Below are positions 13,705 to 23,378 of a DNA stretch of 64,000 nucleotides, one piece after another. Within the stretch, counting starts at the first letter, position 1; every line of letters starts with the position of its first letter. This DNA comes from Candidatus Eiseniibacteriota bacterium. Its GTDB lineage: Bacteria > Eisenbacteria > RBG-16-71-46. The stretch covers positions 576,001 through 640,000 of the forward strand of contig CAVSAC010000014.1 of NCBI GenBank assembly GCA_963725865.1. Direction: 5' to 3'. A program made the translations under genes and the position numbers. The notes beneath the pieces were generated by a model that was given only the letters and a program-made list of their open reading frames with translations, made no database searches and had not been told where the DNA came from.

Positions 13705-15347
13705 ACCGTGGGGAGCCGCTCCCAGAGCTCCTCGCGCATCAGGAAGGGGGGCAGGGTGCCGAGCGAGAGCAGCGTGGCGTGGAAGTCGTGCAGGTCGAAC
13801 GCGGGCCCGAGCCGCCGCTGCGTCTCGTTGCGGATCTCCAGCAGCAGCGTCTTTCCCACCAGGTAGGCGAGCGGGTCGGTCGGCGTCAGCACGTAGCGTT
13901 TCACCTCGGCCTCGGCGTTGTGGCGCTCGAGCATCGCCTCGTCGACCAGCAGGTCGATGGCCCGCTCGACCGACAGGCGCCCCGTGTGCAGCCCGACGTC
14001 GATGACCACCCGGCACGCCCGCCACAGCGCATCGCGAAGCGCGAACAGGCGCGTCTCGGGCTCCACCAGGTAGCCGTGCTCGAGCATCAGCTCTTCGCAG
14101 TAGAACGCCCAGCCCTCGGCCATCAGGCTGCTGTCCGCCAGCCGGCGCAACCGCGAGCCGCCCGCGGTCGCGTGCGCGGACTGCACGTGATGACCCGGGA
14201 AGGACTCGTGCACCACCATCAGCGGGATCGCCGGCTCGGCGTGCCCCATCAGCGTCTCCTCCTGCTCGGCGCGCGGACGGAGCAGGTCGGGCGGCGTGAC
14301 GAACAGCTGCCCGGCGTGCTCGACGTCGAACGCGGCCGGCTGCAGGTAGGAGGCGTAGGGCAGGATGGGACGCAGGAACGCCGGCGTGTCGACCACCTCG
14401 ATCGCCGCCGTGGGCAGCGGCGCCAGGTGATGGCTCTCGACGAAGCGCCGCGCGCGCTCGACCTCGGAGCGATACAGATCGAGCACCCGCAGCGGTTCGG
14501 GCCAGTGGTGGCGGGCACGATCGAGCTGTTCGCGCCAGTTGCGCGACGGATCGAGACGCCGCGCCTCGGCTTCGAGTCGCGTGCGCGCCTCGTCGATGTG
14601 GCGGCGGCCGAAGTCCTCCAGGAAGGCGCAGTCCATCGACAGCAGGTGCTCGCGCTCGAGCTTGAAGTTCATCCAGCGTTCGCCGATCGCGAACGTGCCG
14701 GTGGCACGCGGCAGCAGCTCGCGTTCGAGGAACGCCTGGTAGTGCAGGAAGCCCATGCGTGCGCGCTTGCCGGCGTGCTCGAGGCGCTCGGCCTCGCCCG
14801 GGAACGCGCGCAGCAGCACGCGCGTGACGTCGTCCACGAAGCCGGGCCCGGTCTCGGCCACCTCGCGCGCGATCGCGACCTGGATCGGGGCGGGATTGCC
14901 GAGCACCTGCTGCGCGGCCGCGAGGTAGTCGGGGATCGCCATCAGCCGCGCGACCACGTGTTCCTTGCGCTCGTCGAGCGGCGCGAACGGCCGCGCGAGC
15001 AGCAGGTACACACCGTTGAGCGCGGTCTGCACGTAGCGCGCCGGGTCCTTGGTGTGGAGCCGCATCTCCTCCAGCTCGGCACGGCGGACGGCGAGCTGCG
15101 ATCGCAGCAGCGCGTAGTCGACGCGCTGGGTCGTGGGCAGCTCGTCCCACGGCACCGAGGCGAGCAGTCGCTGCTCGAGATCGCGCAGCCAGCTCGCGCG
15201 CTCGCCGAACCCGTCCGGCGTGTCGTGCGGGAAGCCGTCGTCGTAGTCGTGGATGCCCGCACCGGTCGCCGCCACGGGATCGTGCCGCAGCGACACCTCG
15301 ACGAATTCCTCACACAGCGCGTTGAAGACCTTGGGGGTCTCGTCCAT
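13701..15347 (-). CDS. DUF885 family protein (metallopeptidase-like)
   Basis: DPVAATGAGIHDYD, HESFPGHHVQ, EGWAFYCEELM, WRACRVVIDVGLH, AYLVGK, FDLHDFH. Confidence 0.88.
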   Translation of the reverse strand: MDETPKVFNALCEEFVEVSLRHDPVAATGAGIHDYDDGFPHDTPDGFGERASWLRDLEQRLLASVPWDELPTTQRVDYALLRSQLAVRRAELEEMRLHTKDPARYVQTALNGVYLLLARPFAPLDERKEHVVARLMAIPDYLAAAQQVLGNPAPIQVAIAREVAETGPGFVDDVTRVLLRAFPGEAERLEHAGKRARMGFLHYQAFLERELLPRATGTFAIGERWMNFKLEREHLLSMDCAFLEDFGRRHIDEARTRLEAEARRLDPSRNWREQLDRARHHWPEPLRVLDLYRSEVERARRFVESHHLAPLPTAAIEVVDTPAFLRPILPYASYLQPAAFDVEHAGQLFVTPPDLLRPRAEQEETLMGHAEPAIPLMVVHESFPGHHVQSAHATAGGSRLRRLADSSLMAEGWAFYCEELMLEHGYLVEPETRLFALRDALWRACRVVIDVGLHTGRLSVERAIDLLVDEAMLERHNAEAEVKRYVLTPTDPLAYLVGKTLLLEIRNETQRRLGPAFDLHDFHATLLSLGTLPPFLMREELWERLPTV

Positions 15348-15422
15348 CGTTCTCCGTACGGCGAGGGAAGGCCCCCGCGCAGGACGCGGAGGCCTTCGAT
15401 CTCGGGCGTCGTTCGTCGGTCG

Positions 15423-15641
15423 TCAGCTCGCGCGCGTGACTTCCGCCGCCTGCTTGCCCTTGGGACCCATCACCACGTCGTATTCGACGCGGTCGCCTTC
15501 GTTGAGGGTGCGGAAGCCGCCACCCTGGATCGCGGAGAAGTGGACGAAGATGTCCTCGCCCCCGTCGTCCTGGATGAAGCCGAATCCCTTGCCCTCGTTG
15601 AACCACTTCACCGAGCCGGTCGAACGCTCGCCCGGAGTCAC
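15423..15641 (-). CDS. cold-shock domain protein
   Basis: [15 protein letters not shown] (RNP1), DIFVHFSAI (RNP2), GPKGKQA; may be the C-terminal domain of the upstream ORF. Confidence 0.9.
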   Translation of the reverse strand: MTPGERSTGSVKWFNEGKGFGFIQDDGGEDIFVHFSAIQGGGFRTLNEGDRVEYDVVMGPKGKQAAEVTRAS

Positions 15642-16054
15642 CGGACGCAGGTTGGCCGGAGGCGCGCTGCGCGGCGCACGTCCGCCGCCCCCGCACCACG
15701 GCCACCTCCTCCGCCTCCTCCGCCTCCTCCGCCGGCGCCCTTGTGCTTCTGATAGCAGTCACGACAGTACACCGGCCGCGCACCGGTGGGGACGAACGGC
15801 ACCTGGGTCTCCACGCCGCAATCCGAGCACACAGCGGTGTGCATCTCGCCGCCGCCTCCTCCGCGCGACGAGTAGCCGCTTCCGCCTCCTCCACCCTCAC
15901 CGCGGTTCGCCTTGCGGGCGTCGCGGCAGCGCTTGCACCGGGTGGGCGCGTTCGTCAGGCCCTTCTGGCGATAGAAATCCTGCTCACCGGCCGTGAACAC
16001 GAAATCCTCGCCGCAGTCCACGCACGTGATGTGACGATCCTCTCCGGTAACCAT
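15638..16054 (-). CDS. zinc-ribbon protein with CxxC-x17-CxxC domain and Gly-rich linkers
   Basis: [18 protein letters not shown]...PTRCKRCR and CSDCG...VPFVP...RPVYCRDC. Confidence 0.85.
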   Translation of the reverse strand: MVTGEDRHITCVDCGEDFVFTAGEQDFYRQKGLTNAPTRCKRCRDARKANRGEGGGGGSGYSSRGGGGGEMHTAVCSDCGVETQVPFVPTGARPVYCRDCYQKHKGAGGGGGGGGGGGRGAGAADVRRAARLRPTCVR

Positions 16055-16106
16055 GACGCTTGCGCCGACCTCCCAGGGGACGGGGTGGAACGAACCGGAC
16101 TGCTGT

Positions 16107-16145
16107 GAAACAAGAACGCCCCGCAGCCACAGCGCTGCCGGGGCG
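16107..16145 (-). terminator. terminator-like hairpin inside the 5' leader of the zinc-ribbon/CSD locus
   Basis: Minus strand CGCCCCG(G)CAGC-loop-GCTGCGGGGCG followed by TTCTTGTTTC. Confidence 0.6.
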
Positions 16146-16217
16146 ACTCAGGTGCCGGTTCGGGCAAGCCGCGAGACACTGGAATCAGACGTTCGGACAG
16201 TAAGTTGGCTCACGGAC

Positions 16218-17267
16218 CTACCCGGCTCGGAATCGACGGACCTTTGTGACAACTGCGCAGGAAGTATGAGGCGGCCCCCACGCGCCTGTCAACGGTCGGT
16301 GAAGAGATTCTTCCGACTCCGGCGCGGGCGCCTCGGCGGCCGGATCGCACGGCCCTGCGGACGCCGAATCGAGGTCCGCCCCCGCCTCGTCGGGCCGCTC
16401 CGAGTCCTGCGCGGTTCCCCCGCACAGGGCATGGAGGATCTCGCCCATGGTGATGACGTCGAGCAGGTTGTGATGGAACACCGGCACCAGCCGGTAAGGG
16501 TCTCCCGAGCGCACGTAGTCGTGGTAGAGCCCCGGTACCTCCTCACCGGGGACATCGCCGGAGCGCACCCGTCGAGTGACGTGCCGCTCCAGGGTCTGGA
16601 GCCGGCAGTCGCGCAGGGTGCCCTTCCAGCGACGCCGCGCCACGTGCAGCAGGTCGAGGTGGCGCGGCGGCAGCGCCAACGGGACCGCGTGCACCGCCGC
16701 GCGGTTCTGGAGGAACGGCGCGTCGTACGACTTGCCGTTGAACGTGACCAGATACTCGAAGCCGCGCAGCGCCTCGCGCAGAGCCTCGAGCAGCCCCACC
16801 TCCTCGCCGTAGTGCCGCGCGAAATACTGGCGCAGCACGAAGTCCTCGCCGTTCCAGTGCATGGTGCCGGCGAGGAACACCGGGCTCGAGGCGAGCCCGC
16901 CGGTCTCGAGGTCGAGGAACAGCGCGCGCTCGAGGCCGCAGGCTGCGAGGGACGCCAGCTCGGGCTCGCTCACCGGCACCGGCCCGAGACGTCCCCAATG
17001 CGCGCGCCGGCGCTCGATCTCGGAGCGCAGTCGCTCGTGCACGTACACCGCGCCGCGCGCACCGCGCCACTCGCCGCCCGGCAGGAACTCCGCGACGCTC
17101 GCGCGCTCGGCGGCGCCGGCGACCTCGCGCGCGAGTCGCGCCCGGCGGCGCGCGGCGGCGGGCGTCGTGGAAGCGGACACTGGCGCGGCCGCGGGGTGGG
17201 CCGTGGCGGTGCCTGCGCGTCGCGCACGGGCGAGCTCGCCGAGCCGGGTGCGCAGGGACTCGTTCAT
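16218..17267 (-). CDS. RNase H-like exonuclease, YprB/MrfB family
   Basis: LFLDLETGGL, LVTFNGKSYDAP, HLDLLH.ARRRW, LQTLE, HNLLDV; directly downstream of the DUF1998 helicase. Confidence 0.85.
   Translation of the reverse strand: MNESLRTRLGELARARRAGTATAHPAAAPVSASTTPAAARRRARLAREVAGAAERASVAEFLPGGEWRGARGAVYVHERLRSEIERRRAHWGRLGPVPVSEPELASLAACGLERALFLDLETGGLASSPVFLAGTMHWNGEDFVLRQYFARHYGEEVGLLEALREALRGFEYLVTFNGKSYDAPFLQNRAAVHAVPLALPPRHLDLLHVARRRWKGTLRDCRLQTLERHVTRRVRSGDVPGEEVPGLYHDYVRSGDPYRLVPVFHHNLLDVITMGEILHALCGGTAQDSERPDEAGADLDSASAGPCDPAAEAPAPESEESLHRPLTGAWGPPHTSCAVVTKVRRFRAG
16263..16292 (-). promoter_or_regulatory. sigma70-type promoter of the zinc-ribbon/cold-shock locus
   Basis: TTGACA-N18-CATACT on the minus strand, about 210 nt upstream of ATG 16054. 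Confidence 0.65.
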
Positions 17268-17271
17268 GGGC

Positions 17272-19644
17272 TCACGCGTCCATCGCCAGCCAGTGCCCGA
17301 GCAGCGCGCGCGCGGCGCCCTTGCCGGGAATCGCCCGCGCGTGCTGGAGGTCGGGATCCTGCTGCTGCGCCGGCCACAGCGTCGGCAGTCCCACACACGA
17401 TGGGCAGCCCGTGTCGCACGCGCACGCTTCGAGGTGGTCGAGCGAGGCGCGCGCCAGCTCGTCGAGGCGCACCCAGCCCTGCTCCGCGAAGCCCAGGCCG
17501 CCGGGATAGCGGTCGAACACGAACAGGGCGGGGCGGCCGAGATTGGACGAGTCGAGTTTGCCGCCGAGGTCGGCGGGATCGCACATGGAGAGCATCGAGA
17601 GCAGCGTGATGAACAGGTTGCGCACGCCCATCAGCCCCTCGATCGGATTGAGCCCCGCGCGCGCCACCGCACTCCATGCCGCGGGCGACGGCGCCAGCCA
17701 GAAGCCGGTGGTCTCGAGCGTGAGCCGCGGCAGCTCGAGCGGGTGGTAGCCGATGGCGTCGAGCGAGTGGAAGCGGATCTTCTTCATCGCCACGGTCTGC
17801 CACGCGTAGGTGAGCTCGCCGAGCGTCACCCGCTCGCCGCGCCACGCGCGGCCCCGCGTCTCGGCGCGCACCTGGATCGTGGTGTCGAGCACCGGCTGCG
17901 TGTAGTAGTCCACCTCGCGCGGCTCCACGTACGCCACCTTCTGGGCCAGGTCCAGCTCGCGCACGAAGTGGGTCGCCCCCTCGTGCAGGTAGATCGCCTC
18001 GGGATACACCAGCTCCAGGCCGCTGATCGCGTCCACGTTGCCGATCACGGCGTTGTCGCGCGTGACGTCGACGATGGTGTAGGTGTCGTCGGAGATGGTG
18101 CGCAGGTTCACGCGGCGCGCCGGCATCTCGGTGGTGGCCCAGTACGCCCGCCCGTCGATCACCTTGACCTCGCCCGCCTCCTCGAGCGCGGCCAGGATCT
18201 CGGCGCTCTGGGTCCCGAAGCGGGCGGCGTCCTCGACCCCGAGCGGCAGCTCGTGCGCCGCGCAGGCCAGCTGATGCGCGAGGATGTAGGGATTGTGCGG
18301 ATCCACCACCGCGGCCTCGGTGGGCCGTCCGATCAGGTGCTCGGGGTGCCGCATCAGGTACTGGTCCGCCGTCTCGTTGTACGCCACCAGCACCGCCAGC
18401 GCGGGTTCGCCCTGGCGCCCCGCCCGACCGGCCTGCTGCCAGGCACTCGCCCGCGTCGCCGGGGCGCCGATCATCACCACCGCGTCGAGCCCGCCGATGT
18501 CGACGCCCAGCTCGAGCGCGTTGGTGCTCACCACCCCGCGCAGCTCGCCGGAGAACAGCGCCTGCTCGATGGCGCGCCGCTCCTCGGGCAGGTAGCCGCC
18601 GCGATACGGCCGGATGCGACCGGCGAGCGCCGGGTGGCTCGCCTCGAGCCGCTCGCGTGCGTAGCGGAACACCAGCTCGGCCGCGACCCGCGACTTGGTG
18701 AACGCCAGCACCTGGGCGCCGCTCTCGATCAGCGCGGTCAGGATGCGGCAGCCCTCGACGTTGGCGGAGCGGCGCTGCACGCGGGTCCCGTCCACGAACT
18801 CGGGGTTCCAGAACACCACGTGCTTGGCGCCGCGCGGCGCGCCGTCGTCGTCGACCACCGTGACGTCACGCCCGGTGAGCGCCCCCGCCAGCTCGCCGGG
18901 ATTGCGGATGGTGGCGCTGCTGAGCACCGTGCGATAGGCGCCGCCGACGTGCGCCACCACGCGCTCGAGCCGGCGCAGCACGTTCGCCACGTGCGAGCCG
19001 AAGATGCCGCGGTAGGCGTGCATCTCGTCCACCACCACGAAGCGCAGCCCGCGCAGGAAGCGGCCCCAGCGCCCGTGCTGCGGCAGGATCCCGGCGTGCA
19101 GCATGTCCGGGTTGGTGAGTACGACGTTGGAGCCGTCGCGGATGCGCCGCCGCGTGGCCGCCTCGGTGTCGCCGTCATACACCCCCGCGCGCAGCGTGCG
19201 CATCAGGTCGGGATGCCCGGCCGCGAGGCGCGTGAGCCCTTTGAGTTGGTCCTGCGCGAGCGCCTTGGTCGGGAACAGGTAGAGCGCCGTGGCGTCGGGC
19301 TCGGCGAGCAGCCGCTCGAGCACCGGCAGGTGATGGCACAGGCTCTTGCCGCTCGCCGTCCCGGTCACCACCACCACGTCGAGCCCGCCACGCAGGGCCT
19401 CGATGGCCTGGACCTGGTGGCTGTAGAGCGCGTGGATGCCGCGGTGCGCGAGCGCCTCCTCGAGCGGGCCGGGCAGCGGAAGCGACAGTCGTCCGAAGCG
19501 CGCGGGGCGCGCGGGGAGGGTCTCCCAGTGCGCGATCGCCTCGCGCGCGCCGCTCACGGCGGTGAGCGCCGCCAGCCAGGGCGGCGCGGTCCCGGCCGCG
19601 AGGGCGGGCGGCCAGTCGAGGAAACGGGCGGAACCGGCCTGCAT
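17272..19644 (-). CDS. DEAH-box helicase with DUF1998, YprA/MrfA (Hrq1/SftH) family
   Basis: TGTASGKSL, FPTKALAQDQ, DEMHAYRGIFG, SATIRNP, TNALELGVDIG, QQAGRAGR, C-terminal CACDTGCPSC. Confidence 0.92.
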   Translation of the reverse strand: MQAGSARFLDWPPALAAGTAPPWLAALTAVSGAREAIAHWETLPARPARFGRLSLPLPGPLEEALAHRGIHALYSHQVQAIEALRGGLDVVVVTGTASGKSLCHHLPVLERLLAEPDATALYLFPTKALAQDQLKGLTRLAAGHPDLMRTLRAGVYDGDTEAATRRRIRDGSNVVLTNPDMLHAGILPQHGRWGRFLRGLRFVVVDEMHAYRGIFGSHVANVLRRLERVVAHVGGAYRTVLSSATIRNPGELAGALTGRDVTVVDDDGAPRGAKHVVFWNPEFVDGTRVQRRSANVEGCRILTALIESGAQVLAFTKSRVAAELVFRYARERLEASHPALAGRIRPYRGGYLPEERRAIEQALFSGELRGVVSTNALELGVDIGGLDAVVMIGAPATRASAWQQAGRAGRQGEPALAVLVAYNETADQYLMRHPEHLIGRPTEAAVVDPHNPYILAHQLACAAHELPLGVEDAARFGTQSAEILAALEEAGEVKVIDGRAYWATTEMPARRVNLRTISDDTYTIVDVTRDNAVIGNVDAISGLELVYPEAIYLHEGATHFVRELDLAQKVAYVEPREVDYYTQPVLDTTIQVRAETRGRAWRGERVTLGELTYAWQTVAMKKIRFHSLDAIGYHPLELPRLTLETTGFWLAPSPAAWSAVARAGLNPIEGLMGVRNLFITLLSMLSMCDPADLGGKLDSSNLGRPALFVFDRYPGGLGFAEQGWVRLDELARASLDHLEACACDTGCPSCVGLPTLWPAQQQDPDLQHARAIPGKGAARALLGHWLAMDA

Positions 19645-19804
19645 GGGGGCATCCTCGTGGGACCTGCACTGCGCTCCTGCGGGTGGGTACGGGAGCGCAC
19701 GGGCGGGCGGCAGGAGGACAGTATAGGGACGCCGCGGGTCCCCGCCTAGACAAATGTGCAGTAGGCGCGCACCCGCGCCGGGCGCGGCCGCGTGCGTGCC
19801 GGAG

Positions 19805-20878
19805 CTACTCCACGTGCTGTTCGGCGGTCTGGATTCCCGCGATCCGCCACACCCCGTCGCGCAGCGAGAACTCCACGTCGTAGGCCTCCGCCGCGCCGCG
19901 CAGGAACACCATGTGGGTGGCGGTCTCGTCGGTGGCGGGCGCCAGGCGCCACAGGCCCTTCACCTCACCGAAGCCCGCTCGGCGCGCGGCTTCGACCAGC
20001 GCGTCGTCGGTCACCAGCTCCTGTGCCCCGTCGCGGTCGTCGGCCACCAGCGCGTGCACGAAGTGCACGAACGACGAGTACGGCGACGGTGACTCGCTGT
20101 CCTCGAGGCGCCCGAAGCCGTCGCGGCCCCAGACGAACCGCCGGACGCGGAACACGTGCGGACACGAGGGGCACTCCTCGAAGCCGCGGCTCGCGCGGTA
20201 CGTGCGCGTCACCAGCAGCACCGAGTCGGCGTGGCTCTCGAACTCCCCGGTGCCCGCCCCGCCCAGCGAGTCGGGGCCGAGCGTCTGGGTGATCGTCCAG
20301 CTCGCGCCCCGCCGCGCCCACACCATGAGGAAAGGCTCGGTGCCGAGCGCCGCGCGCCGATCGAACAACATCGCGACCGCGGGCGGCACCGGGTCGCGGC
20401 GGGCGGGGGGTGCCGTCAGCCCGCGGCTCGCGAGCCTCAGCAGTCGCATCGAGCGGCCCTCGATCGGCTGGGACTCGGGCCCCGCGGCGCCACTCCAGAA
20501 CAGGTACGGCCACGAACCCGCGGAGGGGTCCGCGCGAGAGAAGAAGTTCACCGCCAGCGCGCCGTCGGCGCCGGCGAGCTCACCGCCCACGCCGAGCGAA
20601 TCGAGGAACGCCTGGGCGCGGTTCGCCCACTCCTCGACCGGCTCCGCCGCGAGCACCAGCGTCAGCGCGCGCGCCGAGAGGCGGGCGGCGGCCTCCGCGC
20701 CACCCGGCGCGTCCCACGCCTGCTGGGCCTCCCGCACCGCGATCGTCGCCGAATCCGCGCGCGCGCCCGCCAGCGAGTCGCCGTGCGGATACTCCACGTG
20801 GGTGCGCCGGCCGCAGCCGGACACGAGCGCGAGCGCGCCCGCGACCACGACCACGGCGAACCGCGCGCGCGGGTTCAT
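19805..20878 (-). CDS. hypothetical lipoprotein with CPxCP motif
   Basis: Lipobox VSG-C; ATGA overlap with upstream gene; paralogous to 20875..22047. Confidence 0.7.
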   Translation of the reverse strand: MNPRARFAVVVVAGALALVSGCGRRTHVEYPHGDSLAGARADSATIAVREAQQAWDAPGGAEAAARLSARALTLVLAAEPVEEWANRAQAFLDSLGVGGELAGADGALAVNFFSRADPSAGSWPYLFWSGAAGPESQPIEGRSMRLLRLASRGLTAPPARRDPVPPAVAMLFDRRAALGTEPFLMVWARRGASWTITQTLGPDSLGGAGTGEFESHADSVLLVTRTYRASRGFEECPSCPHVFRVRRFVWGRDGFGRLEDSESPSPYSSFVHFVHALVADDRDGAQELVTDDALVEAARRAGFGEVKGLWRLAPATDETATHMVFLRGAAEAYDVEFSLRDGVWRIAGIQTAEQHVE

Positions 20879-22047
20879 CGGGTCCCTCCCGCCGCGGGCT
20901 TCGGCGCCCCCGGCGGCGGCGGAGCCTGAGCGCGCACCGGCACCCAGTCGCGGATCACCCAGCGGCCCTCCTTCTGCGTGAAGTGGACGATGTAGAGCTG
21001 CTCCTTCGCGCCGTGCTGGCGAATCGCGAGCCAGCGGGGCCAGTTCTCGCCCGGCTCGGCGTATTCCACAGACCACGAGCCACGCGCGCGATTCTGTCCC
21101 CAGCCGAGCGCGATCGCGGCGTCGAGCTTCTGCGGGTCCGCGAGCAGGCGCGCCGCACCCGCGCGATCCTGGCGCTGCAGGTAGCGCAGGAACAGCGAGA
21201 ACGCCATCACCGGCGTCGTCATCCGCCGCGAGTCCTGCAGCTCGAAGCCCTCGGCGCGCGAGACCAGGATGTTCTCGTCGTAGACGCCCGGACATTCCGG
21301 GCAGAGCGTGAGGAGCGAATCGACGGGCGCCCGGGTCCACAGCACCAACTCGGGGAGTCCGTCTCCGTTCACGTCGGCGAACGCGCCGGTCCCGCGGCCC
21401 GCCTCACCCGGGCGGTCGGCCGCCTGCACGATGTCCCAGATGTCCCCGTTCGAGCGCAGCCCGAGCACCACCCAGCTGAGATGTCCGTCCGCCGTGCGGT
21501 CGAGGATGCACGCGGAGTAAGGCCGCTGGGACTGCCCCGTGTACCAGACGCGGAACGACGGATCGCTGCCGCTCGCCAGCAACGAGCCCTGCTCGTGCAG
21601 CAGGCGCCCGCGGAACCAGAACACGAAACCGATCGCCATCGCGCTGCGCCGGATGGGATTCCGCACCGAGACCAGCACGAAGTGCGGCAGCTCGGGGTCC
21701 ACCCGCACCGCCGTCTCCAGCCCGAGCGAGTCGAGCAGCGGCTCGATCGCGGTCGCCTGGATCAGCGACGCGCTGCCGAGCGAGCGGATCAGCCCGCGCG
21801 CCATGTTCCCCACGATCTCGTAGGGCCCGAGGTTGTCGGCGCCCACGGAATCCGTGGCCTGCGCCCGGAACAGCGCGCGCGCCTGCGCGGCCCAGACCGT
21901 GAGCGAGTCCGCCGAGGGCGGGGTCCACGGCTTCACGGCCTGCGCGCGTGCCGCGCCGATCGAGATCATCAGAGCCACCAGCACCAGGCACGCGGGGAGC
22001 GGCCACGGATGCCGGCGGCGCGCGAGCAGCGAGGGTCCAGTGTGCAG
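20875..22047 (-). CDS. hypothetical secreted protein with CPxCP and DVNGDG motifs
   Basis: Signal peptide ending ARA-Q; FG-GAP-like DVNGDGLPEL; start uncertain. Confidence 0.65.
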   Translation of the reverse strand: MHTGPSLLARRRHPWPLPACLVLVALMISIGAARAQAVKPWTPPSADSLTVWAAQARALFRAQATDSVGADNLGPYEIVGNMARGLIRSLGSASLIQATAIEPLLDSLGLETAVRVDPELPHFVLVSVRNPIRRSAMAIGFVFWFRGRLLHEQGSLLASGSDPSFRVWYTGQSQRPYSACILDRTADGHLSWVVLGLRSNGDIWDIVQAADRPGEAGRGTGAFADVNGDGLPELVLWTRAPVDSLLTLCPECPGVYDENILVSRAEGFELQDSRRMTTPVMAFSLFLRYLQRQDRAGAARLLADPQKLDAAIALGWGQNRARGSWSVEYAEPGENWPRWLAIRQHGAKEQLYIVHFTQKEGRWVIRDWVPVRAQAPPPPGAPKPAAGGTR

Positions 22048-22082
22048 TGGGACGTCTCCGGTCCGGTCGGATGGGTCGCGCG

Positions 22083-23378
22083 TCAGCGGACGCGCGCGCG
22101 GTCGAGCGGCATCGCCCGGCTCACCGGCGCCACGGTGGCGCCCGGCGGGTCGCGATAGTAATACAACCGCAGCTGCGGGCGCAGGGCCTCGGCGGCGGCG
22201 AAGTCGGAGTAGATCTGGAACGTGGCATCCGAGGCGAACGTGTAGCCATGCGGGAAGCCGAGCCGCACCGCGCACTGCAGATGGGAGGTCAGCCCGTCGC
22301 CGTGGTACAGCAGCGGACCGAACGTCTGCTCGTAGACGCCGGGCGCGAGCCGTCCGGCGCCGAGGTCAGGCACCGGCGGCCCGCCGTAGTGGACTCCGCA
22401 CCCGGTGAAGTCGGTGGTGGTTCCGTAGACCACGGCATTCGCGACGTTGGCCGAGAAGTTGACCGGTTGCACCCGGATCGCGGCGTCGGCCAGTCGCAGC
22501 CCGGGGCTCACCGACTCGAGCTGCCAGCGGATCGCCGCGGTGACGTTCCCGCCCCCGAGGTTGAGCGTCGTGCCCGTGCAGGTGGGTGAAAGCGGCCGCG
22601 TGGAGCTGGCGGATCCGAAGCTGCTCACCGGCACCACGAGCGAGTCGACGATCGCCTCCGGTCCCACCACGGTGAAGCGCCAGAGCGGACTCTGGGTCTG
22701 CTCGCCGGTGTCGAGGTTGGTGGCGCGCAGGGACCACCACCAGGTGCTGCCGAGCGCGCGGCGCTGCGGCGCCATGCGGACGCTCTCGAACGTGACGATC
22801 GGCGACACGACGTGGTCGGCCACCGCGGCCGAATCGGGGGCGGTGTACAGCTCGAAGCGCACGGCGCCGGCGTCGGGGTCGGGGGCGTCCCAGGTCAGCG
22901 GGGTGAACGGCCCCTGTCCGGACGCGCCGTCGAGCGGCATCGGATGCTCGAGCAGCCGCAGCGCGGTGGTCGTGAACTGCCAGAAGTACGTCGAGTCGAG
23001 CGCCGCCCCGGCCGCGGTGGTGACCCGCGGCCCGATCTCGAGCGTGTACGTGCGGCGCAGTCGCAGCGTCTCGAGCGGGGTGATGCGCACCGTGCGGGTG
23101 GCGGCGTCGTACTGGATGTCGGAGCGCACGCGCGCGGCATCGAGCTTGAGGAACACCGTGGTGGGGCCGATCGACGCGGGGTCGAGCGGCTCGTGGAAGC
23201 GCGCCCAGATCGCGGTCGCGAGCGGGACGCGGACGGCGCGCGGCGGCGGGAACACTTCTTCGACCGCGGGCCCCAGGCGCGCCACCGGAGCGGTCGGCGC
23301 CGGCTGCTTGCTGCAGCCCGGCGCGAGCGCCGCGCCGCCCGCGACCAGCACGGCGAGGACGATCCAGCGCGCGCTCAT
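22083..23378 (-). CDS. lipoprotein with Ig-like (Big_5/SbsA-type) domain
   Basis: Lipobox APG-C; V.P...A.RVP...I.A.F.EPLDPASI...YTL.I...V...G..L...Y.WQFTT pattern. Confidence 0.7.
   Translation of the reverse strand: MSARWIVLAVLVAGGAALAPGCSKQPAPTAPVARLGPAVEEVFPPPRAVRVPLATAIWARFHEPLDPASIGPTTVFLKLDAARVRSDIQYDAATRTVRITPLETLRLRRTYTLEIGPRVTTAAGAALDSTYFWQFTTTALRLLEHPMPLDGASGQGPFTPLTWDAPDPDAGAVRFELYTAPDSAAVADHVVSPIVTFESVRMAPQRRALGSTWWWSLRATNLDTGEQTQSPLWRFTVVGPEAIVDSLVVPVSSFGSASSTRPLSPTCTGTTLNLGGGNVTAAIRWQLESVSPGLRLADAAIRVQPVNFSANVANAVVYGTTTDFTGCGVHYGGPPVPDLGAGRLAPGVYEQTFGPLLYHGDGLTSHLQCAVRLGFPHGYTFASDATFQIYSDFAAAEALRPQLRLYYYRDPPGATVAPVSRAMPLDRARVR

Noticed and set aside
15700..15735. GGAGGC/GGAGGA tandem repeats
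   Set aside because: Encode a poly-Gly linker; not an independent repeat element
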